Positions 34,795-44,800 of a stretch of 64,000 nt of DNA are shown piece after piece (the first letter of the stretch is position 1; the number at the start of each line of letters is the position of its first letter). The notes beneath the pieces were generated by a model. The model was not told where the DNA came from and did not search any database. It saw only the letters and a list, made by a program, of their open reading frames with translations. The position numbers and the translations under genes are program-made. The DNA lies in NCBI GenBank assembly GCA_035420085.1, contig DAOLUH010000003.1, forward strand, positions 80,106 to 144,105. Reading direction: 5' to 3'. The DNA is from Anaerolineae bacterium. GTDB lineage: Bacteria > Chloroflexota > Anaerolineae > B4-G1 > SLSP01.

Positions 34795-37700
34795 TATTTT
34801 TAAAACTACAAATGGGCTAGAATAAGTTGAGGTGGGGGCGTTGTGTATCTGAGCTACCTAATCTATCCGATTTTGGAGGGTGAGCTCAAGAATCACGCTA
34901 ATCTCTGCTCCAAGATATCCGCAATCCAGAATAATCGAATTCCCTCGACTCCCGGATAGATTTTTTCCAGGCGTTGAGTATATTCAACAATACCCTCTAG
35001 CTCAAGTTTAAATGTGCTACCACCCTCACTTGGCCGGACTTGGTCATAGGCCTCAAGTAAAGCTTCAACGGCTATACGTAACTTATCCCGCTTCTGTTGT
35101 TCTTCTTCTGACAATGCATTGAATTTGTTAAGCAATGCTGCAGCCGTATCAAAGAACATCTGGAGAGCCGTACTCAATGCTTTTGAAACATCGCCACTGA
35201 TATATGCCTGCAATCTCTCCCTGCCAGGTTCAGTTGGCTCCGGCATTGCTTGAAATTCACTGATTTGGGAAGTGAGTTGGCGCAGTGTGTTAACAGACTC
35301 AGAAAGCTGATTGGCTAAAGTAATATCTGCCGAATCCCATACGTCGAGTTGCAATTCTTCCCTAATGGTATCGGGCAATTCTTGAGAAAAGTAGGCCCAT
35401 GGTTTTTCCTGGATAGTGTCCCCCTGTAGAATAGTGATTGTGTACAGAGGCCAAACCAACTCGTTCAACATTTTCCCACCAACAACAGGGATAACGACGA
35501 TGTACTCACACGTATCCTGAATCAGATAATAGACCAAGCTCTCGAAATCTATAATACCCAGAGTCTCACGCAACGCTGCGGGAAACTGTTGAAGTATTTG
35601 CGTGTAGAGTTCTGTTGGATCCCGCAGGTCAAATCTGACCCATAGGGGAGGCCGACCTTGCCAACGGTGCTCAATATCAAGATAAGTGGCAGTACAAGTT
35701 GGCGATTGTACTGTTGTCAAGGCTTGCTGGATTTGTGAAATCAGTTGGTTTTGTGCCATACGCACCCAGTGAGCTACCTGTATTAGGGGATTTGCAGCCC
35801 CTTTCCAGGGTTCATAGGCATAGAAATACCACAGCATCCAAGCCGTTGTAAGTTCCTCATGTTCGCGTTGTTCCAGTGTGGTTATCAGACTTACATCAAG
35901 TAATTGGCCAAACAATGCGCGGAATTGTTGTTGATAGGTTGTGATTCTGGTCCTAGCATCGAAAAGATTGAGCACCGGCAGATGCGGATTAGTCTTTACC
36001 CCTTTGTCCTGTAGTTCTTTGAGGACAGTAGCTTTTCGTGGATCGTCAGGATGTAGTTTCCCGATATTGAAATCTGTCACCCATATATCTGGAGCTTGAC
36101 CGACAAAGTTGCGCATTGAGCCAAAGTAATCCCGCTGCGCCTCGAGATATGCCTTATACTTCTGAAGCGCAATGGCAGTCGGAACATAAGCCTTATTCTT
36201 CTGAGATGTCGTATTTGGGCCAGAACCTTGCTGGGAAAGAGTTTGTAAAAAGGAAACCGTTGCACTCTCACTGGCGAAACCCCACGGGTCAACTGATGAT
36301 TTAGGTAAATCCAATGTGCTTCCCAACATATCCCAACAGCGTTGCCATACCTGCAGGTCGATATACTTTTGACCAATGCTGAGTGCTTTGTCTCGTTGGT
36401 AGAATTTAACTAGCCCTCGATTAAGTTGCGTTATGCAATTGACAATCAATTGTCGGATTTCTATGATGGTGTCAAGATAGGCTTTCCAACTCTCAGGTCG
36501 ATAAAAGTAGCGCGCCAAGCCACTGGCGATGCTATTCAACCAAGGTGACCATTTTGGCGGCAGGTAGTTCACAGATACACCGTCTTTGCGGGTACTGTCA
36601 CCCTGGGGGAGTTCGATACCTGCGGGTTTGAAACCATATCCCTGCGCAGCATAATGTTCAAAATTGGGAAATAATCTTCGGATCAGGTCAATCTTCGTCA
36701 TTGTCTCATTGTGTAGTCGATCCGTACTGTCCCCAGATGCTTCTCCTATGGGAATAAAGTGAGTCTTGAGTGTTGTGCCTACCTTTTCCAAAGCAAGAAT
36801 ATTGGATTCATGAGCTAGGCGGCGGTGAATGGTTGGCGTATGCGTCTCCAGCCACATTTGGTGACGCTGTGGGTTATACAAATGAAGTGCCAACGACAAA
36901 TCTGCAAGCATTGTGAGGGATAATTCTTCAGAGACAACATCCAGTTCTGCAGCAGAGAGCCATTCGCCAATTGGATGTCGCGATACTAACCGGCCAGCCC
37001 AATACAAAACCTCCGCAACATCTCGCCATATCTCAGGCGTGGAAGGCATTGTTGGGCCTTGATCTAGTTTCTCAAACCAAGCAATCGCCCGCTGGAAAAC
37101 GGAGTCTTTTGACGTCTGGCTTTGACGGATTGCCCTGATTTGAGTTTGTTGCTCTGAAGAGATAAGTTCTCCTAGTTTTGTCCACCATTCACCTACTTCC
37201 GGACCTTCACCCGGTGGCGAGAAATTGAAATCTACTACCGCCCACCACGCCGGGCCAAGAACTTTGTAAGCGGCTTCCGTCGCGGCACAGTTGGTCACTA
37301 CGTAATCATTCACACCAGCCCATAATAAACATCGCAAGACACCGGCGATACATGACCAGGTGTGAGGTTTGAGCGTCATTACAAAGTTGAGAAGCCGCTC
37401 GGAGTCTGCGGGACGTTCCACCAAAGCGTGGAGGATGAATGTTTCCAGGTCTCCTTCAAACATCAACGGCAGTACCTGGGTTGCGATTTCTATCCACGGA
37501 TTTAGGTCAGGCTTGACCAATAATTCGCTAAGAAGACTTGAACGAATTGGATGCAGTCCTTCAAGATAGAATCCATCTGCACTGCGTCGCAGTAGATACT
37601 CCTTCTCAAATTGTGTTAATGTGCGATCCGGACTAGGTAATTTCAAATTGTCAATCAAATCGCGTGTACTCAAGCGTGCACCATAGGCGGAGGCTACAGA

Positions 37701-39136
37701 TACCAGGCACAACAATCGAAGTTCATCAGCAGATGCTCCCATTCGTATATCTTCTTGGATACGTTGGATCTGTCCTTGCAAACGTTGGCGTAACGTCTGG
37801 GTTTGCGTCAGCAGATAGACAAACTCCATCAGTGGTCCTGGAGCTTCGAACTGATCCCAAGCGGCATCAAAATCCAAGAAATCCCAGTGCTCAACCGCGC
37901 TCCTGGCACGTTCGTAGATCAGTTGAGCTTCCTGTTCATTAAAATCCAATTCCACATCGGCAAAATTCAGTCCGGCACCGGCGATATTGGCCCGACGATA
38001 ATCTTCTTCACGCACCGTCACCAATATCTCAAGGTATGGTTGTTGCGTCAGGCGTTTGACCAATTCTGTCCATTCATAATCCTGGGGATGGACATCCACA
38101 TACACTGCCATAGGGACCTGGACAGCACTGGCAAAGCCAGAGAGTGCCAACGCAATACTCAGTGCGTGTTCCACATCCTGCACCCGTTTGACAACAAAAC
38201 GCCACTTTTCGGGATAAGTGTCATGCAGATAGCGATATGCCAGGGTACTCTTACCCTGCCCCGACGCAGCATGAACGATAACCACATTGTTCTGCTGGAA
38301 CGCGCGTGTGATTTCCGCCATTTTATGCTCGCGACGGAAATCGAGTCCCGCGACGATGTGTTCATATCGAGCCTGGACGCCAGCGTAAAACTCATCGTGG
38401 AGCTTTGCGAAGTGTTCATCGGTAATGTGGGCGGTCTCAAGTGGCTCAATCGTAGTATACCATTGCTGATGGTAGTTATACTGTTCAGCGAGAAAATGGC
38501 CCACAGTATTAATCTTATCAATTAGCTCCACGCAAGTGACAGTCTGGCGCTGCTCCGCCAACCGGTAATACCAGGCAACAAATAGGTCAAAGGCGTTTTG
38601 CGGATCAATACCAGTGGACAGACTCTGAATTTGAGAAAGAACTGCTTCCCTTTCTTGGTTTGCGTCTAGCGATACAAGCTGCACGTGGTCAAAGAACTCC
38701 TCAACGTCGGTTTTCTGAAAGCCTTTTTCTGTCAGTTTAGTGATGATATGCTTTCTCTGCTTCTCACTTCCTTCCCAAGCCTGCCAAAGTTCAGGACCAA
38801 TTGCGCCAAAATTCACCAACTTGATGATCGGGGGGATCACTGCACGCAGTAAGTTACTCACACGATGAAAAAAAGAATCTGCCTTTTCTGGTTCGAGGTC
38901 TGATAACGCCAAACTGGAATACGACTTAACTTGTACGACCTCTACCAATTGTCCTGTCTGATCCTGGATATCTAAGTCTTCCTTGCCCTCTGGACAGAAA
39001 ATTTGGGTTCCATCTGCAGCAGACGCAAAGATGCGCCTGAGAGCGTAGAGTGCTTGGAGTCTATAGCCTTGTAGGGCTGCTGGTGCGCCGGGTTGTGTCA
39101 TTTATGATACCTCCACCTATCCTATGAGCTTACCCC
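34776..39136. mobile_element. putative inserted low-G+C single-gene cassette bounded by the 9-bp direct repeat GCTTACCCC
   Basis: GCTTACCCC occurs at 34776-34784 and 39128-39136. G+C is visibly lower between the copies than in both flanks. The two copies sit in the same codon phase (..R G K..) of the NTase gene and of the downstream remnant. No integrase, transposase or terminal inverted repeats were seen. Confidence 0.45.
34893..39101 (-). CDS. 1402-aa Avs-like defence protein: N-terminal Cap4/DUF4297-type PD-(D/E)xK nuclease + P-loop NTPase + ~1000-aa helical C-terminal region
   Basis: 'LQGYRLQALYALRRIF....IFCPEGKEDLDIQDQTGQLVEVVQVKSY' fits the DUF4297 / Cap4 nuclease pattern (GF.YQ..., E..EDhdh, QVK). 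Walker A 'VVIVHAASGQGKSTLAYRYL' lies near residue 285. The rest is a long helical region with no repeats recognised. GGAGGT RBS. Low G+C. Confidence 0.65.
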   Translation of the reverse strand: MTQPGAPAALQGYRLQALYALRRIFASAADGTQIFCPEGKEDLDIQDQTGQLVEVVQVKSYSSLALSDLEPEKADSFFHRVSNLLRAVIPPIIKLVNFGAIGPELWQAWEGSEKQRKHIITKLTEKGFQKTDVEEFFDHVQLVSLDANQEREAVLSQIQSLSTGIDPQNAFDLFVAWYYRLAEQRQTVTCVELIDKINTVGHFLAEQYNYHQQWYTTIEPLETAHITDEHFAKLHDEFYAGVQARYEHIVAGLDFRREHKMAEITRAFQQNNVVIVHAASGQGKSTLAYRYLHDTYPEKWRFVVKRVQDVEHALSIALALSGFASAVQVPMAVYVDVHPQDYEWTELVKRLTQQPYLEILVTVREEDYRRANIAGAGLNFADVELDFNEQEAQLIYERARSAVEHWDFLDFDAAWDQFEAPGPLMEFVYLLTQTQTLRQRLQGQIQRIQEDIRMGASADELRLLCLVSVASAYGARLSTRDLIDNLKLPSPDRTLTQFEKEYLLRRSADGFYLEGLHPIRSSLLSELLVKPDLNPWIEIATQVLPLMFEGDLETFILHALVERPADSERLLNFVMTLKPHTWSCIAGVLRCLLWAGVNDYVVTNCAATEAAYKVLGPAWWAVVDFNFSPPGEGPEVGEWWTKLGELISSEQQTQIRAIRQSQTSKDSVFQRAIAWFEKLDQGPTMPSTPEIWRDVAEVLYWAGRLVSRHPIGEWLSAAELDVVSEELSLTMLADLSLALHLYNPQRHQMWLETHTPTIHRRLAHESNILALEKVGTTLKTHFIPIGEASGDSTDRLHNETMTKIDLIRRLFPNFEHYAAQGYGFKPAGIELPQGDSTRKDGVSVNYLPPKWSPWLNSIASGLARYFYRPESWKAYLDTIIEIRQLIVNCITQLNRGLVKFYQRDKALSIGQKYIDLQVWQRCWDMLGSTLDLPKSSVDPWGFASESATVSFLQTLSQQGSGPNTTSQKNKAYVPTAIALQKYKAYLEAQRDYFGSMRNFVGQAPDIWVTDFNIGKLHPDDPRKATVLKELQDKGVKTNPHLPVLNLFDARTRITTYQQQFRALFGQLLDVSLITTLEQREHEELTTAWMLWYFYAYEPWKGAANPLIQVAHWVRMAQNQLISQIQQALTTVQSPTCTATYLDIEHRWQGRPPLWVRFDLRDPTELYTQILQQFPAALRETLGIIDFESLVYYLIQDTCEYIVVIPVVGGKMLNELVWPLYTITILQGDTIQEKPWAYFSQELPDTIREELQLDVWDSADITLANQLSESVNTLRQLTSQISEFQAMPEPTEPGRERLQAYISGDVSKALSTALQMFFDTAAALLNKFNALSEEEQQKRDKLRIAVEALLEAYDQVRPSEGGSTFKLELEGIVEYTQRLEKIYPGVEGIRLFWIADILEQRLA

Positions 39137-40001
39137 GTTCACTCAACCACTCCGCTTGCAGTGTCACCACTAACTCCTCAACCATCGCCACATCCGGCGC
39201 TTCCGGCAGCCTCGACGCTGCCTCCAACATCGCCAACCGCGCCTCATACTCCGCCGCCAATGCCAACAGTTCCTCGTACTGCAACAGCCCATTCCGCACC
39301 GCTAACAGCCACTCGCAGTCAGGGCGATAGACGTGGACTTCCCCCGTTTCCAGAATCTCCATCCCCATTCGTAGCAGCCGCAGCAAGTGCATCGCGTGCT
39401 TCGTGTCATAGCCATAGCGCGCTTCCAGTGCGGCCCGCGCCGGGTTGCGTTCCCGCCGCCACGCCTGGTAGTGATTCCAGTGCTTGAGCGCGCTGCGATA
39501 CGCCTTTTCCGCATCGTGATCCGGGAACTTGTAGCGCCCTTCAATGTTGCGTCCGCCGTATTCTTCCTGGGTGGGCTGATGATCCGGCGGGTTCTCCAGC
39601 CAACGATGATGCCGTTCCAGGCGGCGCAACTGGCTGATGGCATAGCCGGAAAAGGTCTGCCCGGCTTGACGGGTGAGGAACAGATGACGCTGCGTGCGCA
39701 AGCGTTCGCCATAGCTATCACAGTGCAAGATATGGCGCGGCTCGACGTACAGCGCCTCGATGATGTTCGGATTACATTCCAATGCCAGCCGTGCGAACTT
39801 GACTAGGGCATATACCACGGTGTCGCGCTCCGCGCCGTGGGCGACGTGTTGCTCAAACGGCGTCAGACCCAGGAGATACCGGCGCGGTGGGATACACACC
39901 CCGCACGTATCCAGGTCACTGGCGCTGTTCGCCAAGCCATACGCCTGACTGCCGATAACCACACGGTAGATCAAGTTGGTTTCCCAAAACGGCTCAGCCA
40001 C
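39117..40001 (-). CDS. PF10127-like (RlaP / pol-beta superfamily) nucleotidyltransferase, apparently C-terminally truncated by the cassette insertion
   Basis: Track ORF 39117..40085. The probable start is GTG at 40001, overlapping the upstream stop. 'VVIGSQAYGLANSASDLDTCGVCIPP' (GS..xG...SDxD) and 'KHAMHLLRLLRMGMEILETGEVHVYRPD'. Confidence 0.65.
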   Translation of the reverse strand: MAEPFWETNLIYRVVIGSQAYGLANSASDLDTCGVCIPPRRYLLGLTPFEQHVAHGAERDTVVYALVKFARLALECNPNIIEALYVEPRHILHCDSYGERLRTQRHLFLTRQAGQTFSGYAISQLRRLERHHRWLENPPDHQPTQEEYGGRNIEGRYKFPDHDAEKAYRSALKHWNHYQAWRRERNPARAALEARYGYDTKHAMHLLRLLRMGMEILETGEVHVYRPDCEWLLAVRNGLLQYEELLALAAEYEARLAMLEAASRLPEAPDVAMVEELVVTLQAEWLSERGKLIG

Positions 40002-41142
40002 GCTTGTCTCCCAGGCGCAAGCGCAACAGAAAATCGTCGAGTGCCGGGCGATTCGTCGGCGCTTCCGGCAACGTCGTCGTTGCAAACGCTTCGTCTAGCT
40101 CCGCCTGCAAACGTTCGATGGCTTGCTGGTAGTGTGGCAACGTGGTCTCGTCCAATGCCGCTTGCTCGGCGGCCTTCTGCGCGATCAAGTCGGGGATGAA
40201 GGGCAAATCAAAGGCCGGATACAGGTGCAGCAGGTTGGCCTCGACCTCGCCGGTGCGCAACAGGTGAATGCCGGTGAGCAGCACCCGGTACACGTAGAGC
40301 AACGTCTTCACGCGCCGTGGCGACTCACCCTCGAACTCACGCAGCTTGTTCCGCGCAAAGCCGGCATAGTGATGATAGACGTGGCGTGTAATCGCCCCGC
40401 GCGCCAGGTCACGCAATTCCTCAAACGCTGCGCCGCCCCACACAACCAATGGCGAGTAGAGTTGTTCCAGGACATAACCGTTCTTGCGCAGCAGCAAGTC
40501 CAGGAATTTCTTGACCTCGTGAGTGACCAGGTCAACCTCGTAGCCGCCGTACCGCATAGTGTGACTGAAGGTCTCCTCCGGCGCATCCAGGCCCAGTAGC
40601 GCACGTTGAGGCAAGACAAAGACACCGCGCAAGTCAACGTCGCTGTCTGGCGAGGGAAAGCCATACAGGTGTGCGCCGCTGACGGTGAAAAACAATTTTG
40701 AGTTGGGCAATGCTGCGACAAGGAACCTGAAGGATGACAAATCGAGGGGCGGAATCGTAGTGGCCTTGGTGGGTTGGTTTGGCGCGTCATCACCGGATCG
40801 CTCAAGGGGTACTTCCGATGGCGAGACCGATGACTCCTTACGCGCTGCCAATTCTCGTTCTTCTTGTTCCCTTATCAGCCGTCCTCGCCGCGCCAGGATT
40901 CTGAGGACTTCTACCATCGGATTCGGTTGCACAATGCCGCTGTGGACTAGCATATCCAGCGTTAGCAGCGCGTTGCAGGCCGGACAATGCGTCACCGGCG
41001 CTTCCAATTTATTCTGATCATAGAACGCTGGTGGATCACAATCCCTATCTATTCCAATCATTCGACCACACGGGCACATCATGCCAGTCCTTATACAGCA
41101 TACTGTAATCTCGATTTTCGGTTCAGTCTTTGATTTCGCCAA
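39994..41142 (-). CDS. PF10127-like nucleotidyltransferase with N-terminal Cys-rich (zinc-ribbon-like) extension
   Basis: 382 aa. 'CCIRTGMMCPCGRM...HCPACNALL' at the N-terminus. 'FFTVSGAHLYGFPSPDSDVDLRGVFVLP' and 'TLLYVYRVLLTGIHLLRTGEVEANL'. Confidence 0.65.
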   Translation of the reverse strand: MAKSKTEPKIEITVCCIRTGMMCPCGRMIGIDRDCDPPAFYDQNKLEAPVTHCPACNALLTLDMLVHSGIVQPNPMVEVLRILARRGRLIREQEERELAARKESSVSPSEVPLERSGDDAPNQPTKATTIPPLDLSSFRFLVAALPNSKLFFTVSGAHLYGFPSPDSDVDLRGVFVLPQRALLGLDAPEETFSHTMRYGGYEVDLVTHEVKKFLDLLLRKNGYVLEQLYSPLVVWGGAAFEELRDLARGAITRHVYHHYAGFARNKLREFEGESPRRVKTLLYVYRVLLTGIHLLRTGEVEANLLHLYPAFDLPFIPDLIAQKAAEQAALDETTLPHYQQAIERLQAELDEAFATTTLPEAPTNRPALDDFLLRLRLGDKRG

Positions 41143-41389
41143 GTCTATCCTCTCTGTTCAGTTAAAGCTGATCGCATACGACGATTATACCCTTACCCTG
41201 CTTCCCAGCGACTCCCCTTGCTCTAATACGTGTACGCATCCACCGCTTCCCCTGCCGCATCCCGCAGATACGCCGTGTCTCCGCCATTGTCCCAATTCGC
41301 CGTTCCATCGATCTCCGTACTCGTCCCACTGCCGGTGTCCAATAACAGTCTGCGCTTTGGTGCGTGCAGAGGTAGAGCGCGCGCGTTGG

Positions 41390-41812
41390 TCAATTGAAAT
41401 CCTGGCTCAGGATGCGCGCCGGCGCGACTATAAGTAGCACATTGGGCTGATCGCGGGTGGATTCGGCGTAACGCCGCGCGGCGGCTTCATCTGTGTAGTA
41501 GCGGCGGATAATGCGCCAGCGTATATCGGCCAGGCTGGACGCATCGACTGGCAGGAATTCGGCCACGCCGTAGATTATCACGGTGCGATAATCGGGATGT
41601 CCGCCATCGATGCACAGACTGAGGCGTGGGTCGCGGCGTAGATTGCGGTATTTGGCCGTTCCGGTCGTGATGCTGATGTAGAACTTGCCATCTGCAAACA
41701 GATACCACACCGGGCTGAGCTGCGGTGGACCATTGCGGGTATTCGTGCCCAGCACCGCGTGTCGGGGTGCGGCCAGGAAATCAGCAATTTCTGCGGATGT
41801 CATTGTCAACAT
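41390..41812 (-). CDS. pyridoxamine-5'-phosphate-oxidase-family (PPOX-class, possibly F420-dependent) protein
   Basis: 140 aa. 'AEIADFLAAPRHAVLGTNTRNGPPQLSPVWYLFADGKFYISITTGTAKYRNLRRDPRLSLCID' is the typical split-barrel PPOX pattern. Confidence 0.7.
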   Translation of the reverse strand: MLTMTSAEIADFLAAPRHAVLGTNTRNGPPQLSPVWYLFADGKFYISITTGTAKYRNLRRDPRLSLCIDGGHPDYRTVIIYGVAEFLPVDASSLADIRWRIIRRYYTDEAAARRYAESTRDQPNVLLIVAPARILSQDFN

Positions 41813-41852
41813 AGGCTTGCTCCACTTTGAGTTACATCACAGACGATCATCT

Positions 41853-44800
41853 TCACAGGTCCGTCACCACGCGCACCGCCCCGCCCACATTGAGGAAGCA
41901 CAGCGCCGGGCGCGGGCGTACGCCAAGCAGTCGCTCGGCTGCATCCAGGTAGCGCGTCACCTGCGCCCGGTAATCTGTGGTGGCGAGTAACGCGGTCAAA
42001 GCCACTGGATCGGTGACGTGATCTGTTTTGAATTCCACGAGCGTCCATTGCCCATCGGCACGGAACAGTGCGTCGAGCATACCTCGCTCTAGCGCACCGT
42101 CCGGCGTGACCAGCGTGTACGGGACTTCGTGGAAGCGTTGTGCGGCGCTGTCCATTGCTGTGTACAGGTCGGTGGCTCGAAAGCGTGTCAGCATCCGCGC
42201 CGCGCGCTGGACGGCGTTGCGCAGTTCGGCAGCGTCGGTGATGCCACGGCCACGCGCCTCGGCCTCGGCCCACCGCGCGAAGAGCGCGCCGTCGGGAAAC
42301 AGCCACTGCTCTAGTGCGCCGTGCACCAGTGTTCCCACCACCCACGCCGGAGCCGTGGGCCGGGCTTTCTCTGGAACCACGCGCCATACTCGGCGTGGCG
42401 GATCGCGGTGTGCGACCTCGGTGTCATCATCGGTCGTGGCTGATGGCGGGATCAAGGAATCGAGCAACGACAAGGTCTCCGGCAGGATGGGCGGCACTGA
42501 CGGCTCGGTGGACACACCCGGTGCGGCGATCTCCGCGTTGCCTTCGTAGAGGAAGCAGCTCACCGGCTGTGCTTCGGCAGACAATGCCATGTGTTGTATT
42601 GCCTCCCCCTCAGGATCACACGCTGGCGCAGACGTGCTGAGGTGCAGCGCCGTGTCCAGCCGTTCCAACCAGCCGCCGAGGCCAAGACCGTCCTTGCGCG
42701 CGCTCACCGTCCCACTGAGGATGAGCAGATCCTGCGCCCGTGTCGCGGCGACGTACAACAGCCGGTCGGATTCCGCCGCTTCTTGATCCGCCGCGGCTTG
42801 CTGCGCCAGGCGATAGGCCAGCGAGGTGGCGGCAGGGGCTTCGTCTTCACTGGTACTTTTCAATGGCGGCACGACGCCCAGAAGCGGGTCTACCACTGCC
42901 CCACGCCCACCACGCGCGGCCTTCCCGGCATCGCCAATGACGATGACGGGGAATTCCAGTCCCTTGGCGGCGTGGACGGTCATCAATTGTACTGCGCCCA
43001 CGCTCAGGGTGTGCGCCTCGCCTTCGCGGGTGCCCGCGTCGCGCAGTTGCGTCACGTAGTCCAGGAATGCACTGACGCTGACGATGCCGCTGGTGTGCGC
43101 GTCCGCCAGCAGTTTGGCGAGGTTGCCCGCACCCCGCGCTTGCCCCGCGCGCAGCAATGCCGCACGATAGTGCGTCGCGTCCAGGAAATCCTTGAGGATC
43201 GCGGCCACCGTCACCCGGCCCGCCTGCGCGTGTAGACGTTGGATGAGGGCGACGGCCTCCGCTGCGCAGGGGGCTTCGTCAGCCAGGAAACCCAGCGAGG
43301 CATTGTTGAGCACCGCCCACAGCGAGGGAGCCTTTTGCGCCTTGCGTTCCTCGGTCAGACGGTACAGCGCCAGGTCGGAAAGGTTGCACGCCGGAGAGCG
43401 CAGCAGACCGGCCAGAGCCAGGTCGTCGGTGGGGTCGGCCAGGACGGTGAGCGCGTTGAGGACATCGCGCACTTCCGGGCGCTCGTAGAAGCCGCGCCCG
43501 GCCACGGTGAGGAAGGGGATGCCGGCGCGTTCCAGCGCGTTCTCGTAGTGGGCGAAGGAGGTCGAGGCACGGCAGAGGATAGCGATGTCACCGTAGTCCA
43601 GGGGGCGGGTCTGTGCCTGTCCAGTGTCGGGATTGCGGGACTCAAGTTGTACGTACCCGCCTTCCACCAACGCCGCCAGCCGTGTGACCAGCGCTTCCGC
43701 CGCCTTGTCCAACGCGCCGCCGGTCTTGCTGCCCACACCCAGGTGCAGTTCGACGTAAGGCGGCGTCAGTCCGGCGGGAGGCATGGCACGGTGATGGGTG
43801 AGTGCGGCGAACGGTTCGACGTAGGTGTGCGCCGGGTCCTCGTCCACGCCGAGCACCGGTTGCAGCAGGGCGTTGAGGGCGGCCACGAGGTCGCCATGCG
43901 CGCGGTACGAGGTTTCCAGGGTGAACGCCTTGCCCTGGTCAGCGATCTCCCGGCGGGCAGTGCGGAACACGGTGACGTCTGCGCCGCGGAAGCGGTAGAT
44001 GGACTGCTTGCCGTCGCCGACGATGAAGCACTTGCCCGCATCGCCGTTGAGCAGGGCCAGCAGATCGCGTTGGCGGGCGTTGGTGTCCTGGAATTCGTCC
44101 ACCAGCAGCGCGCGCACTTCGGCCTGCCAGCGCGCGCGGACGGCGGAATGATCGCGCAGGAGCGCCAGCGCCCCGGTTTCCAGGTCGTCGAAGTCGAGTG
44201 CGCGGCGGTCTTCCTTGAGGCGCGTGTAGGCGGCCAGCGTGTAGTCGTACAGGCGCAACAATTCGGGCAGAATCGCCTGCGCCAGGGTTTGATCCAGCGC
44301 CAGGTCAATGCCTTTTCCTACCAATGCGGCAAGGCTTTCGTCGTAACGGTTTTGCAACTCCTTGATGATAGCCTTGGGGTTGGCGGGTTCCCAGTTGGCC
44401 TGCCGCCCGACTTGTTTCATCGCTGCCCGCAAGGGCGCGAGTTGCGCGGACACCGTCGCCCAATCGTCCACCGCGCACGCCGTCGTGATGTCATCCCAGA
44501 GACGCAGTAGCTCCCGCAAAGGCGCGGCCAGGTTGTCCCCAGCGGCTTCGGCGCGTGCCAGTGTTCCGTCAGCACGCAGGGCCAGCAAGTCGGCGAAGTC
44601 CGCCTGCACCACGGCGTCTTCCACGAAAGCGCGGAGCGGGGACGCCAGGTGTGGTTCCCACACGGCCCACCAATCGTCCGGACGGGGGAGCGCGGCGATG
44701 TCTAGCCGTTGCTTGAGCAATTGGGTCAGGAGTCGCGGTAGTTCCCATTCCCCGAAATCGGCGAACAGGCGCGTGGCTTGCGGATCGTCGGCAGCCCAGG

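Noticed and set aside
43239-44510. 423-aa plus-strand ORF inside addA, plus the analogous long antisense ORFs 47480..48562 (addB), 55073..56194 and 54197..55057 (dnaE2), 58812..59933 and 57333..58277 (GH13), 28599..29372 and 28622..29560 (HerA-like gene)
   Set aside because: All lie fully within well-supported genes on the other strand or in another frame. They have the composition typical of high-G+C shadow frames (R/G/A/P/V-rich) and carry no motifs.
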